NCBI GenBank assembly: GCA_963727625.1
Contig: CAVSHR010000005.1
Coordinates: forward strand, 160,001-224,000
From: an uncultured delta proteobacterium
GTDB lineage: Bacteria > Desulfobacterota > Binatia > UBA9968
Direction of reading: 5' to 3'
DNA: 64,000 nucleotides
The notes under the pieces were generated by a model. That model worked only from the letters and a program-made list of their open reading frames with translations. It had not been told where the DNA came from and searched no databases. Positions 29,632 to 39,642 of the stretch are shown here, in pieces; within the stretch, counting starts at the first letter, position 1; every line of letters begins with the position of its first letter. A program made the translations under genes and the position numbers.

Positions 29632-29976
29632 TTATTTCGCCAGAGACCTCGCATAAGCCAAAACATCCTTTTGTTCTTGCTGGCTTAAGCCCTTGCCTGA
29701 AGCAGGCATTTTACCCGCTCCTTGGGCGATGACCTTGAGAAGCTCTTGGTCTTTTTTGGCCTTGGTATCTTTCCCGACGATGTTCAGTCCCTTCTCACCC
29801 AGCGCCTTGATCATGGCCGGATTCCCTTTACCGTCTGCGCCATGGCAGGACACACAAAGCTTATCATAGGTCGCTTTGCCCGGCTTGGCATCGGCCGACC
29901 ATGCGCAAGGACTGTTCCACGCTGTCATTAGAACTATACCCGCCAAAATACCCAACCCTCTACTGAATTGCGTCAT
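29632..29976 (-). CDS. Periplasmic monoheme cytochrome c (tandem paralog)
   Basis: CVSCHGADGKGNPAM, GKMP; near-colinear with 29201-29530. Confidence 0.9.
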   Translation of the reverse strand: MTQFSRGLGILAGIVLMTAWNSPCAWSADAKPGKATYDKLCVSCHGADGKGNPAMIKALGEKGLNIVGKDTKAKKDQELLKVIAQGAGKMPASGKGLSQQEQKDVLAYARSLAK

Positions 29977-30059
29977 TTATTCGCCTCCTTCCGAACGGTT
30001 TTTTCTTAAAAACGCTAATCTCCAACCCATTAGACGATCACACGGCCATTTTCTTTCAA

Positions 30060-31859
30060 TCATGACGCCTTCGCAGCCTGACGAAACAAGTGGCAATCGC
30101 GGCACATCCCCTCAGAGTAATGGTTCGACTTATCGGGATGGCAGCTGTAGCAAACCTCTCTTTTGTTCACCGCCCACTGATGCGGAAGGTGACACAGCGT
30201 GCAGTCGGTTTGGGCGTGAGTCGGTTTTAGATGAAGTTCCGCGCGATTGGGATGGCACGCGATACAGGGCGTAATTGGCTTGACCTCTTGTTCCTTCAGA
30301 TGGCATGTAGCACAGGGCAGCGCTGCCATGGGAGCTCCCGCCGGATGTGTATGGCAAGTCGTGCAATCCGGCGACAGCCCTCTGCCGCGCCAGTGGCATT
30401 GATTACAGGAGAGTTGCGCGTGTTTTCCCAACAACGGCCAGGGGTGTTTGAACGTTTCGGCCGCTGCGACCTCGGTGGGTTTTGGCAGCGCGCTTTCTTG
30501 GCCGATGATTGTATGGCAGAGCTGACAATCTTTACGCAGCACCTTGCCCTCCCGGCTGACATGGTTGCCCTCGTGGCAGCGAAAGCAACCCGGGTAGAGC
30601 GTGTGTCCAATGTTGTCGGGATGGGTGCGCCAATCGACTTTCATTTCAGGAAAAATATTGGTCTGGTAAATCTTCTGCACTTCCCCAATCGCCTTCTTGA
30701 TGGCATCGCGCCGCTCTTGATAAACTTTTGGATACTGCTTCAAGTAGAAAGTATCAAGCGATGTCGCGATGCCTTCTCTGGCCGCCTCTTTGCTCGCGTA
30801 GCTTTGGCTCAAAACGCGCACTGCCTCTCTCTTGATGTAGGGCAAGGTCGAATCGATGAGACTGGTGAAAAGCGCCAAATCCACAGCGCCGTCCGGGTCG
30901 CGAAAAATATGGCTCGGGCGGTTGTGGCAATCGATGCAATCCATCCTGCGGATATCGAGCTTCTTAAGCTCCTCGGCGGTAAGTGAAACCGTGCGATCGA
31001 AGTATTCGGTGACTCTCCCTTGCTTGTCCTTGATTCTGACCCAGGGAATTTTTTGCCGCTGCGGATCGCTGGCTCCGTACCACACTTCGTTGCCGATGTT
31101 CATGTGCCAGTGGATGCCCGCAGTGATGCCCGTGGTCGGACTGCCGCCGCCGGTGCGAAGCAAGCTTCTGATTTGACGCACGCTGTTTTTCTCGTCGTGG
31201 CCAAACCGAGTAATGATCTTTAACTGGGCGCCAAAAAATTTTTCCGGCCAATGGCACTGTTCGCAAGTTTCTTGCGCCGGGCGCAGACTATGCACGGGAG
31301 TGGGGATTGGTCGGGGAAATTTGTGAAACAAGACCGAATAGATCTGATAGACTCCAGACAGCTTCGACCGCACGTACCAGCCCGCTCCCGATCCGACATG
31401 ACATTCGGCGCAGGTCACTCGGGCGTGCGGCGAATCTTGATAAGCGGTGTACTCGGGCTCCATCACGGAGTGACAAAGTTCTCCGCAAAAGGTCACCGAC
31501 TCGGTAAAATGATAGGCTTGATAGCTGACCGTGGAGATCAACCCCATCAGGAAAATGGACGAAACCACGACGAACAAAAAAATCCCGCGAGTTTTGCCAT
31601 TGTTCAAATCGATAACCGCGTAGCGGGGGAGATCTCCGAATCTGACGCGGCGTCGCCGCTCCAAATAAACACCCGCCGGAACAAGGATCACTCCCGCAAG
31701 CAAGAGCACAGGATAAATCATGTAGGTAAAGATGCCGAGGTAGGGATTGGATCTTCCGCTGATCGCCTCGATCAGAAACAAGAACAGAATAGAGACACCG
31801 CTCAGAATGACTAAGCCGGCGCCCACCAGGCTCAACGGGTGACGGAGTAAGTTACGCAT
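30060..31859 (-). CDS. NapC/NirT-family (ImcH-like) membrane multiheme cytochrome c with C-terminal heme extension, 13 heme motifs
   Basis: Three N-terminal TM helices, FCGELCH (CX3CH) plus 12 CxxCH; SPHARVTCAECHVG..WYVRSKLSG, GIHWHM. Confidence 0.8.
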   Translation of the reverse strand: MRNLLRHPLSLVGAGLVILSGVSILFLFLIEAISGRSNPYLGIFTYMIYPVLLLAGVILVPAGVYLERRRRVRFGDLPRYAVIDLNNGKTRGIFLFVVVSSIFLMGLISTVSYQAYHFTESVTFCGELCHSVMEPEYTAYQDSPHARVTCAECHVGSGAGWYVRSKLSGVYQIYSVLFHKFPRPIPTPVHSLRPAQETCEQCHWPEKFFGAQLKIITRFGHDEKNSVRQIRSLLRTGGGSPTTGITAGIHWHMNIGNEVWYGASDPQRQKIPWVRIKDKQGRVTEYFDRTVSLTAEELKKLDIRRMDCIDCHNRPSHIFRDPDGAVDLALFTSLIDSTLPYIKREAVRVLSQSYASKEAAREGIATSLDTFYLKQYPKVYQERRDAIKKAIGEVQKIYQTNIFPEMKVDWRTHPDNIGHTLYPGCFRCHEGNHVSREGKVLRKDCQLCHTIIGQESALPKPTEVAAAETFKHPWPLLGKHAQLSCNQCHWRGRGLSPDCTTCHTHPAGAPMAALPCATCHLKEQEVKPITPCIACHPNRAELHLKPTHAQTDCTLCHLPHQWAVNKREVCYSCHPDKSNHYSEGMCRDCHLFRQAAKAS

Positions 31860-31921
31860 GTTCTAGATTTACGAGCTTTATATTCCTCAAAGACTTAGAT
31901 CCATTTTAAGCAAAAACTGTG

Positions 31922-33886
31922 TCAATTTTCCTCTGTCGTGCGCTCGGGACGCGATTTGTTTTCCGCGTCGCTCCCCGCGGTGTCCGCTTCAGCCATTCGT
32001 TCGCGGGCACGGGTGGCGGGCGTACGGCCATGCCACCAACTGGCATCCATGGGGTAGACCTCCGGGTCAAAAATGACCCAATAAAAATGCCAGACTAAAA
32101 TAGCCAGAGTGGCGAGCACCGCTTCGTAAAAGTGAATGGCGGTCGCGACATCGCTGATCCATTTTGGCAAAAAACTCAGGGCAAAATTCTCAAACCAAAG
32201 GAGAAGGCCGGTCGCGGTCATTAAGAGCATGCCCCACATCAGAGCCCAGTATTCGAGCTTTTCGATATAGCTAAATTTTCCGAACCGCGGCCTAACGCGA
32301 TCTAAACCCAGATTGTAACGTTGCAGGCGAAAAAAATCACCAAAGTCTTTTCGCCGGAACTTTAACCCGCGCAGCTTCGCCCGCACAGACGGACTGATCA
32401 CCAATTGACCAAGATGCCAGAGCAGTGAGCCAATAAGCACCACCGCGGCAATTCGGTGAAGCATGCCGCGCAGCCCGAGCTGCGCTTCCCACGCGAGCAG
32501 CGGAGCCGCCCACCATCCCTCGGGGTATTTCAGTGCAAACCCCGTATAAACCAGCATGAAGAAGCTCACCATGACCAAGCCATGCTGCCAGCGCAGGTCC
32601 TTGCTCATCCTTTCCGGGACATTCACTGGGCCTTCAATAGGTAAGCGTTCGGTTCGTGCTTTACGCAAAAAATCGATTGAATTATGGAGAACCATAAAGC
32701 CGATAGTGACGAAAATAACCCAGAGGTAGATCAGTCGGATCCAATACACGGCCGGCGAACTGACGGCTGAGGCCACAACATGAACCGGCCCTAATGAAAA
32801 TCGTGTTCCAGCTCCTGGATGACACTGCCCGCAAGTCTTGGGAAGATTGGCTTTGTTCACATGAGAGCGTGGATCGGTGGAAGGAAGAATATCGTGCACA
32901 CCGTGGCAGCTCGAGCAGTTAGCAGCCGTCACCTGGCCTGTGCGCAGCGCCAGGCCGTGAAAGCTCTCCTCAAAAGCCGGCACCTTATCCAGCGGCAGTC
33001 CGTATTTCTCACTCAAGCGGGCGCTGCCATGGCACCGCCCGCAGGTCTCACCGGAAACGTTCGCCGCAGAGACCGGTGAGTCCGGTTCATTTCGCTTGAG
33101 GATGCGATGTTCACCATGGCAATCGGTGCACACCGGCGCGTCGCGCACGCCGCGCGCCACTGCTTCACCGTGGATGCTTTTGCTATAAGTGGCGAAAATC
33201 TCGGAATGGCATTTCCCGCAGGTTTCGGGAACTCTGCTGCGCCAAATCTGCGACGCTGGATCGCCGGCGGGAAGTATGGCGTGCGCCCCGTGACAATCCG
33301 TGCAGACTGCGCCGGACTTGTCGGCCGCGACAGCGCGCGCGTGCACGCTCTGCAAATACGCCTCGACGGGCCGGACCAGCGGAATGTGGAATTTCTTTGT
33401 CAACTCCACGTTGGCGTGACAAACTGCGCAAGTCTTGGCGATGTTTTTGGGATGCACGGGGGAGCTCGGCTCGGAGCGGGAGACGAGCTTGTGGATATCG
33501 CCGTGACAGCTCGTGCATGTTGGCGGCTCTTTAAAACCCTGGTTGCGCGCCTTCGCGTGAATGCTTTCCCTATACGCCTTCACGCTCGCAGCATGGCAGC
33601 TATCGCATTGTACCGGCTTCAGTTCGGACTTGTGCGGCACCTGCGAAATATCGCGGTGGCAAGTCGTACACTCAAAGGCCCCATGAATGGATCGGTCGAA
33701 GGTCTCCTGATTGACTTGAAGCGAAATATTTTTGCCGTCGCGGCTCTTTTGCAAACCCGGCACGCTGTGGCAGCCGAGACAAACCTCCTTTGTCACCGGC
33801 TGCGCCCATAACAACGGGACGTATAGGAGGGAGATCAGGAAAACCAAAAAACAAAGACAGAGGCGATCTTTGGTTTCACCGACCAT
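31922..33886 (-). CDS. CbcL-like fusion: 11-heme cytochrome c domain plus FdnI-type cytochrome b domain
   Basis: 11 CxxCH, then WQH..LVYTGF, LHRIAA, KFSYIEKLEYWALMWG, IHFYEAVLATLAILVWHFY. Confidence 0.85.
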   Translation of the reverse strand: MVGETKDRLCLCFLVFLISLLYVPLLWAQPVTKEVCLGCHSVPGLQKSRDGKNISLQVNQETFDRSIHGAFECTTCHRDISQVPHKSELKPVQCDSCHAASVKAYRESIHAKARNQGFKEPPTCTSCHGDIHKLVSRSEPSSPVHPKNIAKTCAVCHANVELTKKFHIPLVRPVEAYLQSVHARAVAADKSGAVCTDCHGAHAILPAGDPASQIWRSRVPETCGKCHSEIFATYSKSIHGEAVARGVRDAPVCTDCHGEHRILKRNEPDSPVSAANVSGETCGRCHGSARLSEKYGLPLDKVPAFEESFHGLALRTGQVTAANCSSCHGVHDILPSTDPRSHVNKANLPKTCGQCHPGAGTRFSLGPVHVVASAVSSPAVYWIRLIYLWVIFVTIGFMVLHNSIDFLRKARTERLPIEGPVNVPERMSKDLRWQHGLVMVSFFMLVYTGFALKYPEGWWAAPLLAWEAQLGLRGMLHRIAAVVLIGSLLWHLGQLVISPSVRAKLRGLKFRRKDFGDFFRLQRYNLGLDRVRPRFGKFSYIEKLEYWALMWGMLLMTATGLLLWFENFALSFLPKWISDVATAIHFYEAVLATLAILVWHFYWVIFDPEVYPMDASWWHGRTPATRARERMAEADTAGSDAENKSRPERTTEEN

Positions 33887-33986
33887 TAGAAAAAGTACTC
33901 AATTAAACGTTGCCGCGGTCTTCCCGGTCGTACCGCCGGCTTGAGGCCTATGCCGCGGATCCACGACCCGGTTTACGTCGTTGGGA

Positions 33987-35087
33987 TCATTTCGTAGCGC
34001 TCATAGTGTAACCAAGATAGGTCAAAACGATCGAGTAAACAATCAGCAACAAGCCGAACGCCGTGGCTAAACGGCCTGCTGACTTGCCGATTAGCGCGCC
34101 GCGCTCAAGAAAAGGCATGCCGACGAGTATGAGACCGATCACTCCAAAGCCGACGACGCCGAGCAGGTCGCCCTCGATTCCGAGAATATGACCCGGCAGC
34201 AGCTTTAGAGTCTGAAACATCGCCATGAAATACCACTCGGGTTTGATGCCGATGGGCGCGGGCTGAAAGGGATCCGCCTTCTTGCCCAACTCGGCCGGAT
34301 AATAGGCGGCCAGAGCCGCGAGCAATCCAAGGACGCAGAGCCAACCGACTAGATCGCGTAAGAAAAAATTCGGGAAAAACGGCATAGTTTTTTTCTCGCC
34401 GCCATTTCGATCAACGCTCGCCGGCCGGCTCATGCCGTGCTTTTGCACCATAAAAAGATGTAGTCCGAGGACGACCGTAACGATCGCCGGCAAGATCGCC
34501 ACGTGGATGCCATAGAAGCGCGTCAGCGTCGCGCCGGTGACATCATTGCCGCCGCGCAGCAACCGGCGCAGAAATGGGCCTACCAGAGGCAAAACCCCGG
34601 GGATTTCGGTGCCGACGCGGGTGGCGAAATAGGCCAGCTCATTCCAGGGCAATAGATATCCGGTAAATCCAAACCCGAGACTGAGACCGAGGAGTCCACC
34701 GCCCGAAAGCCAGGTTAATTCGCGCGGACGCCTGTAGGCATGGAGCAGCAAAGCGCTGAACAGATGAATAAACATGGCCAAGATCATCAGGTTGGCCGAC
34801 CACGAGTGAATCGATCTGACCAGCCAACCGAATTGGACTTCGGTCATGATAAACTGAATGGATTCGAAAGCCTCGCCCGCGCTGGGTCGATAGTAGAGCA
34901 AAAGAAGAATACCCGTGGTGACCTGGATCATAAACAGAAACAACGTCATGCCGCCGAAGTAATACCAAAAAGTGTGACGATGCAGCGGCACCTGTTTTTT
35001 TTTGGCGAGTTTGGCAAAATCGCTAATCCCGATCCGTTCATCGAGCCAGAGCCAGAATTTTCCGTGCTTTACACCGGGAGCGTCCAT
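33987..35087 (-). CDS. petB: Cytochrome b of a Rieske/cytochrome b complex (b6 plus subunit IV fused)
   Basis: [36 protein letters not shown]. Confidence 0.9.
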   Translation of the reverse strand: MDAPGVKHGKFWLWLDERIGISDFAKLAKKKQVPLHRHTFWYYFGGMTLFLFMIQVTTGILLLLYYRPSAGEAFESIQFIMTEVQFGWLVRSIHSWSANLMILAMFIHLFSALLLHAYRRPRELTWLSGGGLLGLSLGFGFTGYLLPWNELAYFATRVGTEIPGVLPLVGPFLRRLLRGGNDVTGATLTRFYGIHVAILPAIVTVVLGLHLFMVQKHGMSRPASVDRNGGEKKTMPFFPNFFLRDLVGWLCVLGLLAALAAYYPAELGKKADPFQPAPIGIKPEWYFMAMFQTLKLLPGHILGIEGDLLGVVGFGVIGLILVGMPFLERGALIGKSAGRLATAFGLLLIVYSIVLTYLGYTMSATK

Positions 35088-35094
35088 TGCGCGC

Positions 35095-35556
35095 TTATAC
35101 CCTCCTGCTCACGATGATCTGATCGCCGCGCACGTTCACCGTGTACTCGTCCAGAGGTTTTGGCGGAGGTCCCTCGACATTCTTTCCGCTCAAGTCGAAA
35201 TGGCCATTATGGCAGGCGCACCAAATCTGGCTGAGGTCCGGACGATATTGCACGATACAGGCGAGGTGAGTACAGACCGCGGTAAACGCCTTGAGCTCAT
35301 CGTTGGGGGTCCTGATCAAGATTGCCGGTTGGCTGCCAAAGCGGAAGATCTGCCCGCTGTTGGCCTTTATTTCTTGTGGCTTGAGCGAGAGCGTCACCGA
35401 ATGCGCGGTCGATTCTGCAACTTGGGGCGGAATCAAATAACGGCTCAGAGGATAAGTCACCGCAACAAAAAATGCTCCGGCTGTGGTACCCAGGAACCAG
35501 TTGAGAAACCTTCTCCGCCCGTTATCAACCGTCGCCGATATTTCCGAGTGCTCCAT
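35095..35556 (-). CDS. Rieske iron-sulfur subunit
   Basis: Tat [26 protein letters not shown]. Confidence 0.9.
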   Translation of the reverse strand: MEHSEISATVDNGRRRFLNWFLGTTAGAFFVAVTYPLSRYLIPPQVAESTAHSVTLSLKPQEIKANSGQIFRFGSQPAILIRTPNDELKAFTAVCTHLACIVQYRPDLSQIWCACHNGHFDLSGKNVEGPPPKPLDEYTVNVRGDQIIVSRRV

Positions 35557-36842
35557 TATTGGTGATTCCCATTTGACCTGTTTGGTTTACTTTCCATTTG
35601 ACGGATCTTGAAGATCAAGCCGACAACTAGCCCCAAGATGATGATCGCCGAGACCGCCAAACCTTTGCGCCGGTAGCCCAATTCATCGAGCGCCTTCAGA
35701 CCTTTCCGGTAGACGGAATCGCTGATTTTGAGCCCGGGCTGGACTTCTTTATTGAAAATCGCCAGGTCGAACCCGTGAATCGCGGCGCGCGATTTGATCA
35801 GCGCGGTCTTGGCATCGTTGAGTTCGAATAGCGGCTGGCTCACTTCCATGCCTGCATGTTCTGCCTGGTTAAGTACCGCGAGCGACCTTTGGTAACTGAG
35901 ATTCAATCGCTCAATGGACGCGAACATGCGCGCCGCCAGCAACCCGCCCGTGGAAGTCGGCGAATGACAAGCCCCACAGATCGACTTGTCGCCGGTGCCC
36001 AACATTGCATCGCTGGTCTTAAGAATGGCGTGGTTGCTGTGACAGGTCGCGCAGCCGGGAGTACCCATTTGCACGAAAATTTTACTGTGCGGGCTTTTAT
36101 TGAACAATTCAAAATTAATTACGTGACACTGGCCGCAAACGTTCACCACCGAAGATATGCCCGGGGGTGCCGCACCGTGATTGCCATGACAGTCATTGCA
36201 GGTTGGCGCCGAAAGGTCCCCTTTGCTCGTCATGATGTTCCAGTGAACGCTTTTTTTATACTGCTCGACCTGGTCGGTGGGGATCTTGTAGGGCGCCATG
36301 TACTCTTTGTTGGCATGACATGATCCGCAAGTGTCAGCAACCCGCAGCGGATAGACGGATGAACGAGAATCATTGGGCGGCCTGATCGAATGCGGGATGT
36401 GGCAACTGGCACAGGTCGCCACTTTCTGATCTTTATGTTCTCTGAGCCTCCTGCCGTGAACCGACGTGTAGTATTCGGCGACCTGATCCACACGAAGGGA
36501 CGGATTGTATTTTTTCATGAAATTTGGGTCGGAATGGCATCGTCCACACACTTCGATGACCTGTGTCCGCGTCGGTTTTCCGATATAGCCCTTTTTCCGG
36601 TCCATCGCTTCCATACCGCCAACCGTGCCATCGCCGCCGTGACAGGCGACACAGCCGAAGCCTTTCGCCGCATGGATGTCTGTTTTATAAAGCTCGGCGG
36701 GCTTGGTCAGACGGTCCACGCCCATCGCCAAGTGGCAAACCGCGCAGCTCTCGGACTGCGGCTGGGCATCGACCCATTCCGGCCATGCCCAAACTAAGAG
36801 AAGCACAAAAGCGGGGACACCCAGACGAGAGAAAATTTTCAT
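35556..36842 (-). CDS. Nonaheme cytochrome c with C-terminal membrane anchor
   Basis: Signal peptide, 9 CxxCH, helical stalk, C-terminal TM GLAVSAIIILGLVVGLIF. Confidence 0.85.
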   Translation of the reverse strand: MKIFSRLGVPAFVLLLVWAWPEWVDAQPQSESCAVCHLAMGVDRLTKPAELYKTDIHAAKGFGCVACHGGDGTVGGMEAMDRKKGYIGKPTRTQVIEVCGRCHSDPNFMKKYNPSLRVDQVAEYYTSVHGRRLREHKDQKVATCASCHIPHSIRPPNDSRSSVYPLRVADTCGSCHANKEYMAPYKIPTDQVEQYKKSVHWNIMTSKGDLSAPTCNDCHGNHGAAPPGISSVVNVCGQCHVINFELFNKSPHSKIFVQMGTPGCATCHSNHAILKTSDAMLGTGDKSICGACHSPTSTGGLLAARMFASIERLNLSYQRSLAVLNQAEHAGMEVSQPLFELNDAKTALIKSRAAIHGFDLAIFNKEVQPGLKISDSVYRKGLKALDELGYRRKGLAVSAIIILGLVVGLIFKIRQMESKPNRSNGNHQ

Positions 36843-38038
36843 CGATGGCGCCGGCTAAGCGTTTGGAGAAAACTTACGACCTGCGCCATTTCATCGCCTT
36901 TAAGGATGGGCCAGGACAGAGTTTCGTCACGCATTTTTTGCTCCATGGCGGCGCCATGGTTCCACATCGCCGCAACCACGTTCGCCGGCTCGTTTAAACC
37001 TCGGCTCTTTGCAAAATCCGGTGCTACTCGTCCGCCTTTTCCGCTGATGGAATGACACTCGAGACAACCTTTGGCTTTGACGAGTTGTTCACCGCGGTGC
37101 GGGTCTCCCGGTGCGGCGAAGTAGTCCACCGAGTACAAATAACCAACGATAGCCGCCAATTCGTCCGCTTGCAGCGGCGGAACGGTCACGGCGCGCCGCC
37201 GCATCTCACGCATCATAACCGGGCCCTTGTTCCACATCGCCGCGGCAAATTCGAAGAGACTGGGATAAATCTTCTTCCCGGCAAGCGCGGGTGCCACCGG
37301 CCCACCGCCTCCGTTGACCCCGTGGCAATTGACACAACCCCGAGACGCGAACAGTCGCTCTCCGTCCTCGACGCGCCCTGGCAGCACCTGTGTCGGCTCA
37401 TCGCCCCTCCGCCGAGACACCGATTTGACGTAAGCGATCAAATTTCTGAGTTCACTGCCGCTAAAATGCGGTCGCTTGACGCCGCGTGCTTGCATGGCCT
37501 CGGCCATCGCCGGACCATGATTCCACATGGTGGCAGCGAAAAAAATCGGCCCAAACTGGACGACCGAATCAAGGCTAGGTCCGAACACGCCGCCCACCCT
37601 CTCGATTTGATGACAAACTACGCATTGCTTGTCGAAGAATATTTTCTTTCCGGCCTTTGCATCGCCAACCGGTTCAAAATAATTAACCGTGTCGAGAAAT
37701 GCAATCAAATCGCCGGTCTCGCGCGGACTCAATTGCGGCGGCGGTTTTTTTAGTTTGCGCATTTGCGCCGCCATTTGTGGGATATGGTTCCACATCGCGC
37801 TCGCCAGATCATAAAAAGTGCGCCCTTTGGCGACGCGCCCGAGGTCGGCGGCGACCTTGCCCCCGACGCCGTTCACCGCATGACACCCGGAACAGCCCTT
37901 GGCGCCGAAGACCCGAGAGCCGGCAAGCGGATCCTGGGTAGAGCCTGCGAAGGGTTGCCCCTGAGCCGGTGCCGAAAAAAAACATACACTGATGAGTCCC
38001 AGGGCCAGGATCGCCATTCTTTTTTCAATTGGCTTCAT
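36839..38038 (-). CDS. Tetraheme cytochrome c of four class-I domains (MWNH repeat)
   Basis: CSGCH, CVVCH, CVNCH, CLECH, each followed by MWN(H/K)xPxM-like motif. Confidence 0.85.
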   Translation of the reverse strand: MKPIEKRMAILALGLISVCFFSAPAQGQPFAGSTQDPLAGSRVFGAKGCSGCHAVNGVGGKVAADLGRVAKGRTFYDLASAMWNHIPQMAAQMRKLKKPPPQLSPRETGDLIAFLDTVNYFEPVGDAKAGKKIFFDKQCVVCHQIERVGGVFGPSLDSVVQFGPIFFAATMWNHGPAMAEAMQARGVKRPHFSGSELRNLIAYVKSVSRRRGDEPTQVLPGRVEDGERLFASRGCVNCHGVNGGGGPVAPALAGKKIYPSLFEFAAAMWNKGPVMMREMRRRAVTVPPLQADELAAIVGYLYSVDYFAAPGDPHRGEQLVKAKGCLECHSISGKGGRVAPDFAKSRGLNEPANVVAAMWNHGAAMEQKMRDETLSWPILKGDEMAQVVSFLQTLSRRHR

Positions 38039-38178
38039 GGCTCTTTCCCCTTTCCTCGGCGAGCGCCGCGCCGCCCGGCGCGGCAAATTTCGGCGCCGCG
38101 ATCTCTCGCTCGATTCCAGCAAGATACTTTTTCACGCCAAAGGACTTCCTTTGTTCGCGTGGTAGGGGTCCAGCGCGC

Positions 38179-39375
38179 TTATTTCCCCGCGCGCAACGAA
38201 ATAATATACGCCATCAGGTCGGCCATCTCTCCGCCTCTGAAGACCGGCCATTCGACGAACTGCTTGAGCATTTCTTCTTCCATCGTGCTCGCGTGATTCC
38301 ACATCTCGGTGACCACTTCCAGTTGGGTCTTTTGTTTATCACTCTTTGTGAAATCCGGGCCCCGTGGCGTGCCCTTGTCCGGCGATCCATGGCAATTACC
38401 GCAACGCTTCTCTTGAAACACGATGCGCCCGCGGGCGGCAACGCCGGGCGGATCGATAAACTGCAGGAAGTAAAGATAACCGATGATGTCCGACATTTCC
38501 TCGGTCGTGAGCGACGGCGCCGCGATGCCGCGCCGCTCCATGTCGGCCCACATCTTCGGCCCATGGTTCCACATGGCGCCGGCGATCGTCATGAGGCTAC
38601 CTTTAATGAGCCTGGTGCGAAGATTCGCGCGTTTTTGCTCCCCTTGTGAACTGACCGAATGACACTCAACGCACCGTTTTTCCGCAAACAACTTTTCCCC
38701 GCGCCGCGGGCTTCCCGGTGGTGTGTAGATGCGCTCCAGACCGCCGCTAGTGCTGCGAATGTAGGCCAGCAAATCGGCGATGTCGTTCTTCTCAAAAACC
38801 GGCCGGGAAACCCGCAGCGCTTCCATGGTCCGGGCCATGGCCTTGCCGTGATTCCAAAGGCCCGCCGTCAAAAAAATCGGCGACGCAAAACGGCCGTACT
38901 TATCGAGGCTCGGGCCGTACTGACCTCCCCTGCCTCCCAAGGAATGACATTGCTGGCAACCCTTATCACGAAAAATTCGAGCGCCGTTGGCTACGTCGCC
39001 CGGAGGGTCCAATGACCCGATGTAATATAAAAACGAGAGCAGACTCGCCATTTCCGGCGCTTTGAACACGGGGCGTGCAGCGTGCCGCGCTTCAATCACA
39101 CGGGCCATTCCTGGCGAGTGATTCCACATCACACCGGCAATATCGAGCAACGAACGTTTCAAGATGCCTTGACCAAGTTCGGGACCGCCGACACCGCCGA
39201 CACCGTTGATCGCGTGGCAACGTAAACAACCCTTATCGGTAAACAGTTGACTCCCCTCAAGCGGATTCCCCGGCAAAATCGCTGATCCCGTGTCGGCCGC
39301 CTCGACCAGCGCACGCGGTTCGCGCACCGATACGAACAACACTGTCAAGGCGATGAAGAAAAGACTAATCTTCAC
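38179..39375 (-). CDS. Tetraheme cytochrome c (MWNH repeat), paralog
   Basis: CLRCH, CQQCH, CVECH, CGNCH with (M/L)WNH...M motifs. Confidence 0.85.
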   Translation of the reverse strand: MKISLFFIALTVLFVSVREPRALVEAADTGSAILPGNPLEGSQLFTDKGCLRCHAINGVGGVGGPELGQGILKRSLLDIAGVMWNHSPGMARVIEARHAARPVFKAPEMASLLSFLYYIGSLDPPGDVANGARIFRDKGCQQCHSLGGRGGQYGPSLDKYGRFASPIFLTAGLWNHGKAMARTMEALRVSRPVFEKNDIADLLAYIRSTSGGLERIYTPPGSPRRGEKLFAEKRCVECHSVSSQGEQKRANLRTRLIKGSLMTIAGAMWNHGPKMWADMERRGIAAPSLTTEEMSDIIGYLYFLQFIDPPGVAARGRIVFQEKRCGNCHGSPDKGTPRGPDFTKSDKQKTQLEVVTEMWNHASTMEEEMLKQFVEWPVFRGGEMADLMAYIISLRAGK

Positions 39376-39622
39376 GCTTCCTCCCGTGCAATGCCACTCC
39401 CCAAAAAACGTAAAATACCACGCCGATAAACACGAGAAAAATCGGTATCGCTACGATCGATATTCCCACAGACGCTTGAATGAAATCGTCCAGGCGCCAA
39501 GAAGCGACGATCAGATGAATGATCCAGACAATGATTCCGCCGACGAGCAGGAAAGCGCCCCCCAACCAGATCCATTGCAACGTTCTAATCAGCCGTTCTG
39601 ACACTGCAGGCGGACGTTCCAT
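39365..39622 (-). CDS. Small two-TM membrane protein, probable complex subunit
   Basis: AAGGAG RBS; two hydrophobic segments; coupled between the NrfD gene and the tetraheme gene. Confidence 0.7.
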   Translation of the reverse strand: MERPPAVSERLIRTLQWIWLGGAFLLVGGIIVWIIHLIVASWRLDDFIQASVGISIVAIPIFLVFIGVVFYVFWGVALHGRKRED

Positions 39623-39642
39623 GGTGCTCCTTGGCAAGCCTT

